Shown: piece after piece, positions 28,627 to 38,733 of the stretch
Layout of the letters: every line of letters begins with the position of its first letter
Numbering within the stretch: the first letter of the stretch is position 1
Virus record (IMG/VR): IMGVR_UViG_3300030085_005071
Location: 1-64,000 of that record
Direction: 5' to 3' (one strand)
Source of the DNA: an uncultured virus (IMG/VR IMGVR_UViG_3300030085_005071)
Taxonomy: Duplodnaviria; Heunggongvirae; Uroviricota; Caudoviricetes
DNA: 64,000 nucleotides
The notes under the pieces: model-generated
The model's input: the letters and a program-made list of their open reading frames with translations, nothing else
What the model was told of the DNA's origin: nothing
Database searches by the model: none
Made by a program: the position numbers and the translations under genes

Positions 28627-29823
28627 ATGAAAATAACTAGAAAGCAATTAATGTTTTTAATAGAACATAGTCTTAAGGGCGGAATTGATCCGATTCCTGG
28701 ACGTGAAGGCTACAATGCTATCGTACAAGGCATGAACGCGATCACAAAAGAAAAAGTTAAGAAATCAATAGCACAGTCGTTAGAGGATTATTCAAATTTT
28801 GCTTTTGACGGCACTGACAGACCTAATGTGTTTGGTGTCGCTTATGATGATTATGACACTACAAAAGGTGTTCAAGCAAAAGATATGAGAAGAGTATCAA
28901 AGAAAATCTGGAACGACAATGCTGATCATGAATTTTTTAGGAATAACGTTGCTAAACTACATCAAACTGCGTATGCTCATTCTCGCGATGCGTCCAGTCT
29001 TGGTATTGACCCCAGATACTTATCAGGTGGAGGCACAACAGAGCTTTCTTGTTGGTCACTTTTAACACAAAACCCGTTTAAGCCCCAAGTGAGCGAACTA
29101 GTTGAAGCGCAATTAGCAACAAATAGCTTTTATTTAGTTTTAGACGGTAGAGTTACATGGTGTGGTAATTTTGACGCTTTTACAGAACAATTATCTGCAA
29201 AACAAAGAAGTCAAGACAGTAAGTCTTTGGAAAGCGCAAAGAAAAGCACAGTTTCTTCCGGACTACCTAAAAGGCCTGGTGGTGTGCAACTCGCTAGGAA
29301 AAACCCAGTCTGGCAATCATGGGATGATGCTTATGACGAAGAGGGTAAATATAATCCTGATTTTGAGCCGGCACTCTTAGACCCGGGAGAAATAGACTGG
29401 GAGAAAAGTTTCCAAAATACTCCTATTATTTTAGATAGAGAAGATTTTGAAAGTATACGCGGGACGCAAGCTGCAGGTGAATTTGGATTTAAATCACAAG
29501 AAACAATCATAGATAATTGGTCTATTAACAATGTTTTATTGATTCTGGATAGCAATACAGGTTTTGCCGGCAAAGAGAATATAGAAGATCATATATATGA
29601 TTTAAGAGAAAATGATGAGTATGATATTTTAAAAATGCTAGGTAAAATAAAATGGATTAACAAAAAACAAAATCTCAAAGTAAACGTCGCCGATCTCTCT
29701 CAGTCTAGATATTTAACTGATCAAGAAGTTCAACAAATTATTACGGGACTCACTAATATGTACAAAACAAAACCAGCAGTAGTGACAAATCCTTTCGCAC
29801 ACTTGCAAGATAAAGACAAATAA
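28627..29823 (+). CDS. leader-tagged hypothetical protein (possible ADP-ribosyltransferase-like fold)
   Basis: MKITRKQLMFLIEHSL; KLHQ / ELSCWS / SQETIIDNW. Confidence 0.7.
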   Translation: MKITRKQLMFLIEHSLKGGIDPIPGREGYNAIVQGMNAITKEKVKKSIAQSLEDYSNFAFDGTDRPNVFGVAYDDYDTTKGVQAKDMRRVSKKIWNDNADHEFFRNNVAKLHQTAYAHSRDASSLGIDPRYLSGGGTTELSCWSLLTQNPFKPQVSELVEAQLATNSFYLVLDGRVTWCGNFDAFTEQLSAKQRSQDSKSLESAKKSTVSSGLPKRPGGVQLARKNPVWQSWDDAYDEEGKYNPDFEPALLDPGEIDWEKSFQNTPIILDREDFESIRGTQAAGEFGFKSQETIIDNWSINNVLLILDSNTGFAGKENIEDHIYDLRENDEYDILKMLGKIKWINKKQNLKVNVADLSQSRYLTDQEVQQIITGLTNMYKTKPAVVTNPFAHLQDKDK

Positions 29824-29830
29824 GAAAAAA

Positions 29831-29878
29831 GTGTAATCTTAGGCTCCTTGTGTTATAATAAAATAAAAACACAAGGAG
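29831..29878 (+). promoter_or_regulatory. class A promoter plus an RBS-occluding inverted repeat upstream of dnaE
   Basis: GTGTAA 29831-36, TATAAT 29854-59; ctccttgtgtt 29844-54 / aacacaaggag 29868-78. Confidence 0.75.
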
Positions 29879-29887
29879 TTTTCTTAT

Positions 29888-32800
29888 ATGGACATCAAGT
29901 TAATTACACCACCCGATCGTTTTGTAGGTTTTCACGGTCATACAGGCTTTTCTGTCTTTGACGGCTTAGGTTATCCGTCTGACCATATTGACTTTGTACT
30001 TAAAAACGGCATGGACGCTTGGGCACTGACTGATCACGGTAACGGTTCTGGTCTCGCTCACGCCTACAAGCATGCAGAAAAGGTAAAGAAGAAAGGACAC
30101 AAGTTCCGTCAAATTTATGGTTGTGAGTTTTATTTCGTGCCTTCCCTCAAGGACTGGCGTGCTGATTACGAACAATCAAAGATCGATCGTGCCAATGCCA
30201 AGCTTAAAGCACTTAAAGAGGAGGAAGAAGGTGGTCATATCATCGAGAACGAAGAAGAAACAAAGTCTTTTGATCTAGGTAAAGACGAATGGAAACGACG
30301 TTATCATCTGGTAGTTACTGCACAAAACCGTGAAGGTTTAGGCAATCTATTCACACTAATTAAACGTGCATATACTGACGGCTTCTATAGATATCCTCGC
30401 ATTGACTTTGATCTGCTAAAACAGTATGGTAAAGGACTTAATGTATCTACTGCTTGTCTAGGTGGTATATTTTCTAATCGTATTATGCGCGGTAATGCAC
30501 TTAAAATGAGTGACGAGAAAATACAACAAGAACTGACATATTTATCTGAGCGTTTTGTTGATGCTGTAGGTGAGGATAACTTCTATCTTGAAATACAGTT
30601 TAACAGGCTCAAGCAACAACACCTTGTAAATCATCACTTGCTGCGTCATTCACAGCAAACTGGTTTGCAGCTTATCGCCACACCGGATTCACACTATTAT
30701 TCACCTGATAAATGGGAGGCAAGAGAGCTTTATAAAAAATTAGGGTGGATGGGTAATGACCCAAGTCCGTTACCAGAGTTTGAAGATCTTAAATGTGAAC
30801 TATATCCAAAAAATGCTGGACAAATGTGGGATGAATTTACACGACATTATGAAGAATACAAAGACACATACGAAGGTTTCGAAGAAAAAATTAAAGAGTC
30901 TATTGAAATTACACACGATATTGCATGGGAAAAGTGCGAAGACTGTTGGATTGATACTTCTGTTAAGCTTCCCGATTTCAACAACCCTAATCAGACTGCT
31001 TTCCAACAGCTTGCGCAAAAAGTTAAAAAAGCGCTTGTTGAGGAAGGACTTAATGAAAAACCTGAGTATGTTGAAAGAGCAAAGCACGAACTCGAAGATA
31101 TCAAATTCCTCGGATTCGAAAACTACTTCTTAGTAATGTATGAGGTGTTCCACAAAGCTGCTGACCACACACTGTTCGGAGCAGCTCGTGGTTCTGGTGG
31201 CGGATCACTTGTAAATTACTTGTTAGGAATCACGCAGGTCGACCCGCTTAAATACGACTTGCTGTGGGAGCGTTTTCTTGGTCGACACAGGACGTCCTGG
31301 CCCGATATCGACTCTGACGCTGGTGATCGTGACGCACTAATTAATGCAGCACGTGAATTATACGGTGATGAGGCGGTTATTCCTGTTTCAAACTTTAACA
31401 CACTCAAGCTTAAATCACTTGTAAAAGATATTGCTAAGTTCTATGGCGTCGACTTTGGTGAAGTAAATAAAATGACCGGTCCCCTCCAAGACGAAGTGAT
31501 GTCACAAGCTCGTGATGAAAATACCGAGAAGTCTGTGTTTGTGCTCAAGCACGAAGATTGTATGACATACTCAAAAGGTTATCGTGAGTTTATGGAAAAA
31601 TATCCAAAAGTTAAGGATCACATCGAAGCTCTGTTTATGCAAAACCGTTCGATAGGTCGACACGCAGGTGGTGTCATCATTGGCCCGCCCCAAGCATTAG
31701 AACAATCAATGCCGATTATTGGTGTTCGAGGCGAGCTACAAACTCCTTGGACAGAAGGTATGAACTTTCGCAATCTTGAAGACAACGGCTTTATTAAGTT
31801 TGACTTCTTAGGCTTGACGCTACTCAAAGACGTAGAAAACTGCATCCGTCGTATTATTACACGTGAAACAGGCACTGAACCTACATTCCTCGAAATACGT
31901 GACTGGTTTGACAAACATCTCAACTGTCGTTATGTTGAACAAGATGATGAAGAGGTATGGAAGCATGTGTATCATCAGCGCCGCAAGACAGGTGTGTTTC
32001 AATTCACTGCAGAAGGTGCGCGTCGATTCTGCGAAGATGCCAAACCAACAACGATTATTGAGTTAGCCGCATTGACTGCGATATATCGACCTGGTCCACT
32101 TCGTGCCAATGTGCATAAGAAATATGTGAAAGATAAGCTCCGCGCTGATGAAATACATTATGCACACCCTATCATTAAAGATATTCTTGGCCCTACGTTT
32201 GGTCACGTTACTTTCCAAGAACAGTTCATGCTTCTTGCGCAAAAGCTTGGTGGTTTCACTCCTGCTGAATCTGATAAGCTGCGTAAAACTCTTGTTAAGA
32301 AGTCTCTTGATACGATGGGCAAGAAAGGTGATGAACGTGAAGCTGCTCGTGTCAAGTTTGTAACAGGCGCAAAAGAAATAAATGGTGTGCCTGAGCATGT
32401 ATCACAAGAGTTGTGGGAACGTATCGAGTTCTTCTCTGTATACGGTTTCAATAAGTCGCATGCTGTCGCTTATGCTATTGGTTCTTACTACGCTGCTTGG
32501 CTTCACACATATTATGAAACAGACTGGTTAGGTACTATTCTCGAATCAGAAAACAATAATCCAAATGCACTATCAAAAGCAATCGCTGAAATCAAAGAAA
32601 TGGGTTATCGTATTGAATTACCGGATGTAAATGAATCAGGTACATACTGGCAGTGGTCCGAAAACAAGCAAGCATTTATCCCACCGCTGACTTCTATCAA
32701 GGGTGTAGGTAAAACTGCTGTTGTTGAAATCATGAAAAACAGACCATATTCATCAGTCGCTGACATGTTATTTGATGAAAGCGGTAAGTGGCGCCACTCT

Positions 32801-33406
32801 AAACTCAATAAAACCGGTTTTGCTTCTCTGTGTCAAGTTGAGGCTTTTAACGGTCTGCAAGAAATGTGGGACGGTACAATAGATAATCACAAGCAACTTT
32901 ATAATATCATTATTGATAATTACTCTGATCTCAAGAAAAGCAAGTGGGGCATGACTATTCGTAAAGCAAAGAAAGAAAATGCGCCTGATATCTTACCTAT
33001 CCTTATTGAACAGAACAAAGATATCGAAGACTGGGGTCGCATTGACAAGTTAACAATGTACCAAGATCTTTGTTCGGCTACACGTGATGATCTTGCCTTT
33101 CCAGATGATATGATGGAAAAGATCCGTTCAGCCGGTGTCAAGTCAGTGCTTAACATGCTGCCTGGCGAAAAATGTATCGCTTGGTGTTGTATCGTTGACA
33201 TGATTAAAAAGACAACCAAGAACAAAAAGACTTTTTATCGTCTTAAGATAACAGACTATGAAAATAATACAGGTTGGTTGCGCATGTGGGGTGAAAAACC
33301 TGAAACAATGGTGCCGTATTCAATCTGGTTAACAGACGCGTCAAATGATCCTAACTGGGGTGCTAGCACAAGTTCAAGAAAAGTCAGACCTTTAGTGACA
33401 GACTGA
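29888..33406 (+). CDS. dnaE: DNA polymerase III alpha subunit (family C)
   Basis: PHP domain HGHTGFSVFDG, ALTDHG; RGSGGGSLV, PDIDSD, GRHAGG, KFDFLGL, YGFNKSHA. Confidence 0.95.
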   Translation: MDIKLITPPDRFVGFHGHTGFSVFDGLGYPSDHIDFVLKNGMDAWALTDHGNGSGLAHAYKHAEKVKKKGHKFRQIYGCEFYFVPSLKDWRADYEQSKIDRANAKLKALKEEEEGGHIIENEEETKSFDLGKDEWKRRYHLVVTAQNREGLGNLFTLIKRAYTDGFYRYPRIDFDLLKQYGKGLNVSTACLGGIFSNRIMRGNALKMSDEKIQQELTYLSERFVDAVGEDNFYLEIQFNRLKQQHLVNHHLLRHSQQTGLQLIATPDSHYYSPDKWEARELYKKLGWMGNDPSPLPEFEDLKCELYPKNAGQMWDEFTRHYEEYKDTYEGFEEKIKESIEITHDIAWEKCEDCWIDTSVKLPDFNNPNQTAFQQLAQKVKKALVEEGLNEKPEYVERAKHELEDIKFLGFENYFLVMYEVFHKAADHTLFGAARGSGGGSLVNYLLGITQVDPLKYDLLWERFLGRHRTSWPDIDSDAGDRDALINAARELYGDEAVIPVSNFNTLKLKSLVKDIAKFYGVDFGEVNKMTGPLQDEVMSQARDENTEKSVFVLKHEDCMTYSKGYREFMEKYPKVKDHIEALFMQNRSIGRHAGGVIIGPPQALEQSMPIIGVRGELQTPWTEGMNFRNLEDNGFIKFDFLGLTLLKDVENCIRRIITRETGTEPTFLEIRDWFDKHLNCRYVEQDDEEVWKHVYHQRRKTGVFQFTAEGARRFCEDAKPTTIIELAALTAIYRPGPLRANVHKKYVKDKLRADEIHYAHPIIKDILGPTFGHVTFQEQFMLLAQKLGGFTPAESDKLRKTLVKKSLDTMGKKGDEREAARVKFVTGAKEINGVPEHVSQELWERIEFFSVYGFNKSHAVAYAIGSYYAAWLHTYYETDWLGTILESENNNPNALSKAIAEIKEMGYRIELPDVNESGTYWQWSENKQAFIPPLTSIKGVGKTAVVEIMKNRPYSSVADMLFDESGKWRHSKLNKTGFASLCQVEAFNGLQEMWDGTIDNHKQLYNIIIDNYSDLKKSKWGMTIRKAKKENAPDILPILIEQNKDIEDWGRIDKLTMYQDLCSATRDDLAFPDDMMEKIRSAGVKSVLNMLPGEKCIAWCCIVDMIKKTTKNKKTFYRLKITDYENNTGWLRMWGEKPETMVPYSIWLTDASNDPNWGASTSSRKVRPLVTD

Positions 33407-33423
33407 ATATATATAATATATTT

Positions 33424-34530
33424 GTGAGGTCAATGATGAGTTTTAATTTTAAACAATACGTTCGAGAGTTACTGATGGAGCAGACAAGGGTAAATATGTC
33501 TGGTTCAGGTACAGCTTCATCTAGAGGAGGATCTGTTGACACCTCAAACTACGAAGAAAACCCGCAAGGTTCTGGAGTATATCGTTCTATTACTGGAAAA
33601 GATCCTTATGCATACAGCATTGTTAGTCAGAATGCAAATAAAATTGTGATAAAAATCGAAGATGCCCCATCTGGTAGATCATCGGCAATCGGTAGAACCT
33701 TTAATATTACAAAAAATAATCTTGACGATCCAAACGTGCAACTGCTTTATTCTTCTCTTGTCTCACTAGGAGCGATAAGAAACCGACTATCAGGTGATGA
33801 AGCGTCACTTAAGACAGGATCGAAAACAGCAGAAATTCTAATAGTAGGTGATCAGTTTAATTCGATTAATCACTTTAAAGAGCAACACAATAGAATTAAG
33901 TCACTAGGACACGAATTAAGAGCTTCTACTTTAACAAGAGTTGAACCTCCGTCAGAGTTAAACTCTCTGATTGACGCCGACTTAACTGGGGCAATATCAA
34001 CAAAAATAGAAAAGATTGTTGCAGGGATTGAAAAGTTCTCCGGAATCCAAGTTGTGTCAATGACTCTTGAGATCTTAAATTATCAAGAGCTCATGATAAA
34101 ATACATGGGGAAAAAAGACGAAATCCATTATGTTCACAGTGAATTTCAAACTGATGATACAATACAACTCTGTGGAGAGCTTAACGAAATGATACAATCA
34201 CCCCCGGATAATACAACTGGCGAATCAATGGAAGTAATTGTCGACCCTACTGCCGAACCAGTTGGAGAAACGTTCCAGGCAATTCCAGGAGAGAGCGATG
34301 CAGGGACAATGCCAGGTGATACCGGTGAATGCGTACTAGGTTTCTCGCTAGATAATGTTCTCAGGTTTGAACAAGGAGATTTAAACTTTCTCGAACCGGT
34401 TGAATATTGTCCAACACGAGAACAAGGCCTTTACACTTTAAACGGCCGGACTTATGTGATAGCTGTGGAAGGCGATGATTATGAAGGTGACTATGATAAA
34501 CCAGTTTTCAAAACTGAAGGGAGACAGTAA
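33424..34530 (+). CDS. leader-tagged hypothetical protein
   Basis: MSFNFKQYVRELLMEQ (true start probably 33433 or 33436). Confidence 0.7.
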   Translation: MRSMMSFNFKQYVRELLMEQTRVNMSGSGTASSRGGSVDTSNYEENPQGSGVYRSITGKDPYAYSIVSQNANKIVIKIEDAPSGRSSAIGRTFNITKNNLDDPNVQLLYSSLVSLGAIRNRLSGDEASLKTGSKTAEILIVGDQFNSINHFKEQHNRIKSLGHELRASTLTRVEPPSELNSLIDADLTGAISTKIEKIVAGIEKFSGIQVVSMTLEILNYQELMIKYMGKKDEIHYVHSEFQTDDTIQLCGELNEMIQSPPDNTTGESMEVIVDPTAEPVGETFQAIPGESDAGTMPGDTGECVLGFSLDNVLRFEQGDLNFLEPVEYCPTREQGLYTLNGRTYVIAVEGDDYEGDYDKPVFKTEGRQ

Positions 34531-34532
34531 CA

Positions 34533-35381
34533 GTGAGGCTGACACGTAGGCAATTAAGATATCTAATAAAGGAAGCAGCACAAAATCCATATGGGTTGGC
34601 AGAAGACCATGCATTAATCAATAATTGGCTGCCAGGTAACACACACGGTATTTTTATTTTGTTTGATGCTAAAAAAGCCTTGTCGGAGATACGAGATATT
34701 AATGACAACAACGATACGAGTGTTAATTTTTATTATCCAATACTAGAAAATATAAAAGGGTTGATACAAATAGATCAAATGCTTGATAACCGCAGAAACC
34801 CTTATGGTGCGTATCAAGTAAGTTATTCAACAGCAGCACCCGGTTACGGCCCATTAATGTATGACTTAGTAATGTCAGTTGTGCCTGGGGGGATTTACCC
34901 AGACAGGCGAAGTGTATCAAAGTCTGCCAGAAAAGTTTGGAAGTATTACGCTGATAATCGACCTGACGTCGTAAAAAGCTATATTGATGATTTTTCTGAT
35001 CCAAAAACAGATTATGAATATGACGATGGTACAAGACATGGTGGTACGGATGTCGAAGAGTATGAGCGATTTAATATACCTTTTGAACCGTCCAGAAGTT
35101 TTGGAAATAAAAATTTACCTCCTGTAGCATATTTAAACATGGTATATTCAATACCTGGAGCAGACGTTAATCAAAACAAAGAAGCCAACTTAATGGAAGA
35201 CAATTACAACCTTTTTTTAAAAATAGTTGATAGTTTAGAAGTAAAATCAGACGCAATGAAATATTATAAGAAAAATAGGACGAATCATCCTATTGAGTCA
35301 GTTAAAGCTTTAACAGGCTTGTCTCTCGCAGGTTTACGCCAGCGTTACTTTGGGACTCATTACGGTGGACCGGAGAGCTAG
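34533..35381 (+). CDS. leader-tagged GNAT-like protein
   Basis: MRLTRRQLRYLIKEA; PGYGPLMYD...IYPDR.SVSKSARKVW. Confidence 0.6.
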   Translation: MRLTRRQLRYLIKEAAQNPYGLAEDHALINNWLPGNTHGIFILFDAKKALSEIRDINDNNDTSVNFYYPILENIKGLIQIDQMLDNRRNPYGAYQVSYSTAAPGYGPLMYDLVMSVVPGGIYPDRRSVSKSARKVWKYYADNRPDVVKSYIDDFSDPKTDYEYDDGTRHGGTDVEEYERFNIPFEPSRSFGNKNLPPVAYLNMVYSIPGADVNQNKEANLMEDNYNLFLKIVDSLEVKSDAMKYYKKNRTNHPIESVKALTGLSLAGLRQRYFGTHYGGPES

Positions 35382-35385
35382 AAAT

Positions 35386-37788
35386 ATGAAAATAACACGC
35401 AAGCAATTATCTTTAATTATTGAAAACTACTTAAAACAACCCCAGCTTCTTTTTGAGATAAAGAAAAAAGCTTTTAGTCAGTTCATACAACAAGGACTAA
35501 TATCTCAGCAAGAGTTCAACATGCTTGTCTTTAATAGAGACTGGGTGCCTCCGTTTAATGATCCCATCATGGCACAGATACTTTTTAACACGCTAAAGGC
35601 AGAACAAGGCCACAGTGTTAACGATGTAAAAGCAATAGGTGAAGATACAATAAACAAAATTATCGACAATGCTAGAAATGTGCACAACTCAAGCAAAGGA
35701 TTTGAGGATGCAAAAGCAGATTTTCTTCCTGCTAGGCTAGTCAGAGGAACTTCCAACGAGTACGTTGATATCCTACCGATGATAGACGTTCAAAATCCAA
35801 ACAACACAACAGCAACCTATGATGACGTAGTAAAGTACCTAGAAAATGCACCAGGCATAGACAAGAGAGGTGATCACTTAACTGAAGTTATTCGCAAAGG
35901 ATTAAGCGGAGACACTACAGAATTTGAAGTAATCAATGATCCAACTGGCAGATCTGGTAAGAACAGGGTAGGTCAATACTTTGTTGCATATCCTAAAACG
36001 TACAAAGGATCGATTGCACTTGGAAGGATGGGTCCTGATTTTCGATATTATAATCCAAACAAACCTGATGAAAGAGCAGCCTTAGGTGACATGACCTGGT
36101 GCACGACTGTTGATGGTACTGGCAATATGTTTCTTAACTATCATCGAAACATGAATTTACATATGTACTATCTTACCCTTCTTGTTAGTTATTACCCACA
36201 CGACGTTTACAGAAAATTCTGTTTAAGTTTTACAAAAGACAAAGAAGGTAATGTACAGTTGCACGAAGACGGTCATGCAACTGTCAACGGTGATAATAAA
36301 CCGGCCAGTAAAGACACCATAATATCTCAGATAGGGGTGAGGCTTTACAATATTATCGAAAACGATGTAAGAAAAGCTAGTAGAGCTGTAATAAATCCGA
36401 TAAAATACTTGAAGTCGATTAACTTAGAACAATATCAAGCCATGAGGGCAGCCAATCAAGAAGGTCAAGATCTAGATTTATTTCTCTCCGAAGCAGGTCA
36501 AATTGCTAAGCATACTGAAAATGATCAAATAATCCAAGACATGATAAAAGATCCGGATACCAGAATTAGTGGGTTAGGTTTAACGCATATCAACTCTGTA
36601 GAAGGAACTAAATTTGCCCTCCAGCACCACGGCATGGATAGAATCATAAGAATGAGCGCTCCGCTGGCTCCTGAAATGGTCGAAGAGATTTACAGGGCAG
36701 ATAAGGAAAAAAACAATGGAAGGTCTTCGTCGTTTGTTCTTTACCACCTTTTAAAAAGAACTTATAAATTGTATGATCCCGGGACACCGATGACAAGAAT
36801 CAGTGATCAAATGCTAGAAGAGATTGTTGATGATGTACTAGCTGATAATTTTATATACGGACAGCAGGAATTCGGATCCGAAAGAGCTCAGCAATTCGAA
36901 CCAGGAACTATCTATCGTAACTTAATACACCAACCTAATTTGACAACTGAACATATGTATAGAATCTATGACAGCTTCAGCAAACAAAGAAGTGTAAATA
37001 CTAAAGGTGACATGATAGCTATTTTAATTAGTCTAAAGAATTGCCCAAAAGAATTGTTCGATAAAGAGTTGACAACAAAACTGACAGTCAAAATGAGAAA
37101 CACACACGGTCTGTTTAGAACACCTGTAAATGAATTAGGTGAAAACCGAGACACAGTAGGGGTATTTGCAAGACAACTAGTAGGTCAGGCAGGTAAAGAC
37201 TTTTTGTCTAAGCTTACGCCAGAGTCTACAGAAAATCTCATTCAAGCGTTGGCTGATACACGTGTCGATCCAACGTACACTATGCTTGGTAATTTTGATC
37301 TCAACCCAATTGTTCCTATTAAAGTTTTTGAAAGAGCACTAGAAATGGAAGGAGATCTAGACGTAATGCCTAGTGTGTCAGACAGAATGGCGTACGGAGA
37401 CAAGGTGCAGAGGATGGCAGAGCATATAAGTATTTTTGTTCATCCTAAAAAGGTTAACTACCTAGACGAAATATACGGCGACACCTTCATGGAAATTGAT
37501 TACCCACTTAGCGACATGCCGGGTGGAAGATCTTCTGAATTTAACAAGATCTGGAACAAAGTTTATGGTGACATCGATGATGTAGGTGAATACCTATCTG
37601 AGATTGTTGCTTATATGCAGGAATACGAAGATGAGCCTGAAGATGATGTACAATTTTTCAACGATAGTATCTTGAAACTATATAAAATCATAAATTACGT
37701 CTACGAAGGAAAGCGCCTGTGGCAGGATTACACTCAAAAGACAGGTTTAGAATTCCCGTATAGATTTAAAGACATGTTAGATTTTTAG
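35386..37788 (+). CDS. large leader-tagged protein (WCT-motif domain plus helical repeats)
   Basis: MKITRKQLSLIIENYL..LLFE; MTWCTT..GNMF.NY; GGAG RBS before 35386. Confidence 0.75.
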   Translation: MKITRKQLSLIIENYLKQPQLLFEIKKKAFSQFIQQGLISQQEFNMLVFNRDWVPPFNDPIMAQILFNTLKAEQGHSVNDVKAIGEDTINKIIDNARNVHNSSKGFEDAKADFLPARLVRGTSNEYVDILPMIDVQNPNNTTATYDDVVKYLENAPGIDKRGDHLTEVIRKGLSGDTTEFEVINDPTGRSGKNRVGQYFVAYPKTYKGSIALGRMGPDFRYYNPNKPDERAALGDMTWCTTVDGTGNMFLNYHRNMNLHMYYLTLLVSYYPHDVYRKFCLSFTKDKEGNVQLHEDGHATVNGDNKPASKDTIISQIGVRLYNIIENDVRKASRAVINPIKYLKSINLEQYQAMRAANQEGQDLDLFLSEAGQIAKHTENDQIIQDMIKDPDTRISGLGLTHINSVEGTKFALQHHGMDRIIRMSAPLAPEMVEEIYRADKEKNNGRSSSFVLYHLLKRTYKLYDPGTPMTRISDQMLEEIVDDVLADNFIYGQQEFGSERAQQFEPGTIYRNLIHQPNLTTEHMYRIYDSFSKQRSVNTKGDMIAILISLKNCPKELFDKELTTKLTVKMRNTHGLFRTPVNELGENRDTVGVFARQLVGQAGKDFLSKLTPESTENLIQALADTRVDPTYTMLGNFDLNPIVPIKVFERALEMEGDLDVMPSVSDRMAYGDKVQRMAEHISIFVHPKKVNYLDEIYGDTFMEIDYPLSDMPGGRSSEFNKIWNKVYGDIDDVGEYLSEIVAYMQEYEDEPEDDVQFFNDSILKLYKIINYVYEGKRLWQDYTQKTGLEFPYRFKDMLDF

Positions 37789-37798
37789 CGAGGACTAA

Positions 37799-38683
37799 AT
37801 GAAATTATCTAAACTTAAATTAAGAAAAATAATTGAAGCCGCTTTGTTGAATGAAGGGCGCATGTCCAAGTCAGAAAGAGAATTAATTCGTTTGCAAGTA
37901 GAAATCGAACTGGGCGAAGAGTTTGAATTGTTAGCAGCGCAAGCTAAAGATCTAGAAGATTACAACAGAATGGATGCAATATTTCAACAACAGGTCAGGG
38001 AAGAAACACAAAAGAGAATTGCTGCAAGGGAAGAAGGCATGGCTGACCCACCCATTCAGTCGTTAAAAGTTAAAATTAACTCTCTTAAAAATAGACCTAG
38101 GTACGCTGATCCGGACGCTAAAAAGTCTTTTGAAGACCAATTCCAGCAAACGACAAGCCAAGAGATAGTTCCAGTTTCGCCGCGATCAACTAATCATCCT
38201 AGTGTAGAAATGACACCTGAAGAAGATGACAACACAATCGATGTTACAAATATGTCATTGAGTCGGCGAGACCTTCTTAAAGGTATGATGGCAGGTACAG
38301 CAGCTGCGGGAATAGCAGGTGCATTTGATCCGTTTGTTTCTACAAGTGAATCAGATGTTGATGAATTACTCAGAGTCGCTGAAGAACATTTAGCAGATTT
38401 ACCTGATACGTTAGCCGATGCTTTTAAACTGAAATACGACGGGTTAGACCCAACAATGGAATTCGAATTTGTGTCGATACTTGGGGACGCAGGAATAAAG
38501 TATGTGATTAAAAAAGAAGGATCAAAATATATCATCGAGCAATACTTTAAACTCTCTAAAGAGCCTGGATATAAATTAGTTAAAAAAGAAGTTCTTAAAA
38601 AAGGAGCTGACGGTGTTTCCAATATCAGAGAATTTGTTGCTGATCTTTACTTTTGGATTAGAGGAACACCACCAACTTATTAA
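37799..38683 (+). CDS. leader-tagged protein with an internal twin-arginine-like segment
   Basis: MKLSKLKLRKIIEAALLNE; internal SRRDLLKGMMAGTAAAGIAGA. Confidence 0.75.
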   Translation: MKLSKLKLRKIIEAALLNEGRMSKSERELIRLQVEIELGEEFELLAAQAKDLEDYNRMDAIFQQQVREETQKRIAAREEGMADPPIQSLKVKINSLKNRPRYADPDAKKSFEDQFQQTTSQEIVPVSPRSTNHPSVEMTPEEDDNTIDVTNMSLSRRDLLKGMMAGTAAAGIAGAFDPFVSTSESDVDELLRVAEEHLADLPDTLADAFKLKYDGLDPTMEFEFVSILGDAGIKYVIKKEGSKYIIEQYFKLSKEPGYKLVKKEVLKKGADGVSNIREFVADLYFWIRGTPPTY

Positions 38684-38712
38684 ATGTAAAAATAATTGCA
38701 TGTGTGTATAAT
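38684..38712 (+). promoter_or_regulatory. class A promoter ATGTAA-17-TATAAT
   Basis: 38684-89 and 38707-12. Confidence 0.7.
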
Positions 38713-38733
38713 ATTATTCAAATGAGGTAATAA

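Noticed and set aside
2228..33406. Inteins or introns in RNR or DnaE
   Set aside because: Lengths are normal, motifs are contiguous, and there are no intein C/HN ends or homing endonuclease motifs.
35350..35385. Upstream TTG/GTG starts given by the ORF track (also 4796, 18290, 18678, 45354, 53815, 57859, 63019)
   Set aside because: Downstream ATGs have better RBSs and give the family-typical N-terminus (e.g. MPEGPEV, MKITRKQL).
23495..37860. The N-terminal RR-containing tags as Tat signal peptides
   Set aside because: No hydrophobic h-region follows, RR is not invariant (RK, KR, KL), and copies occur internally and at C-termini.
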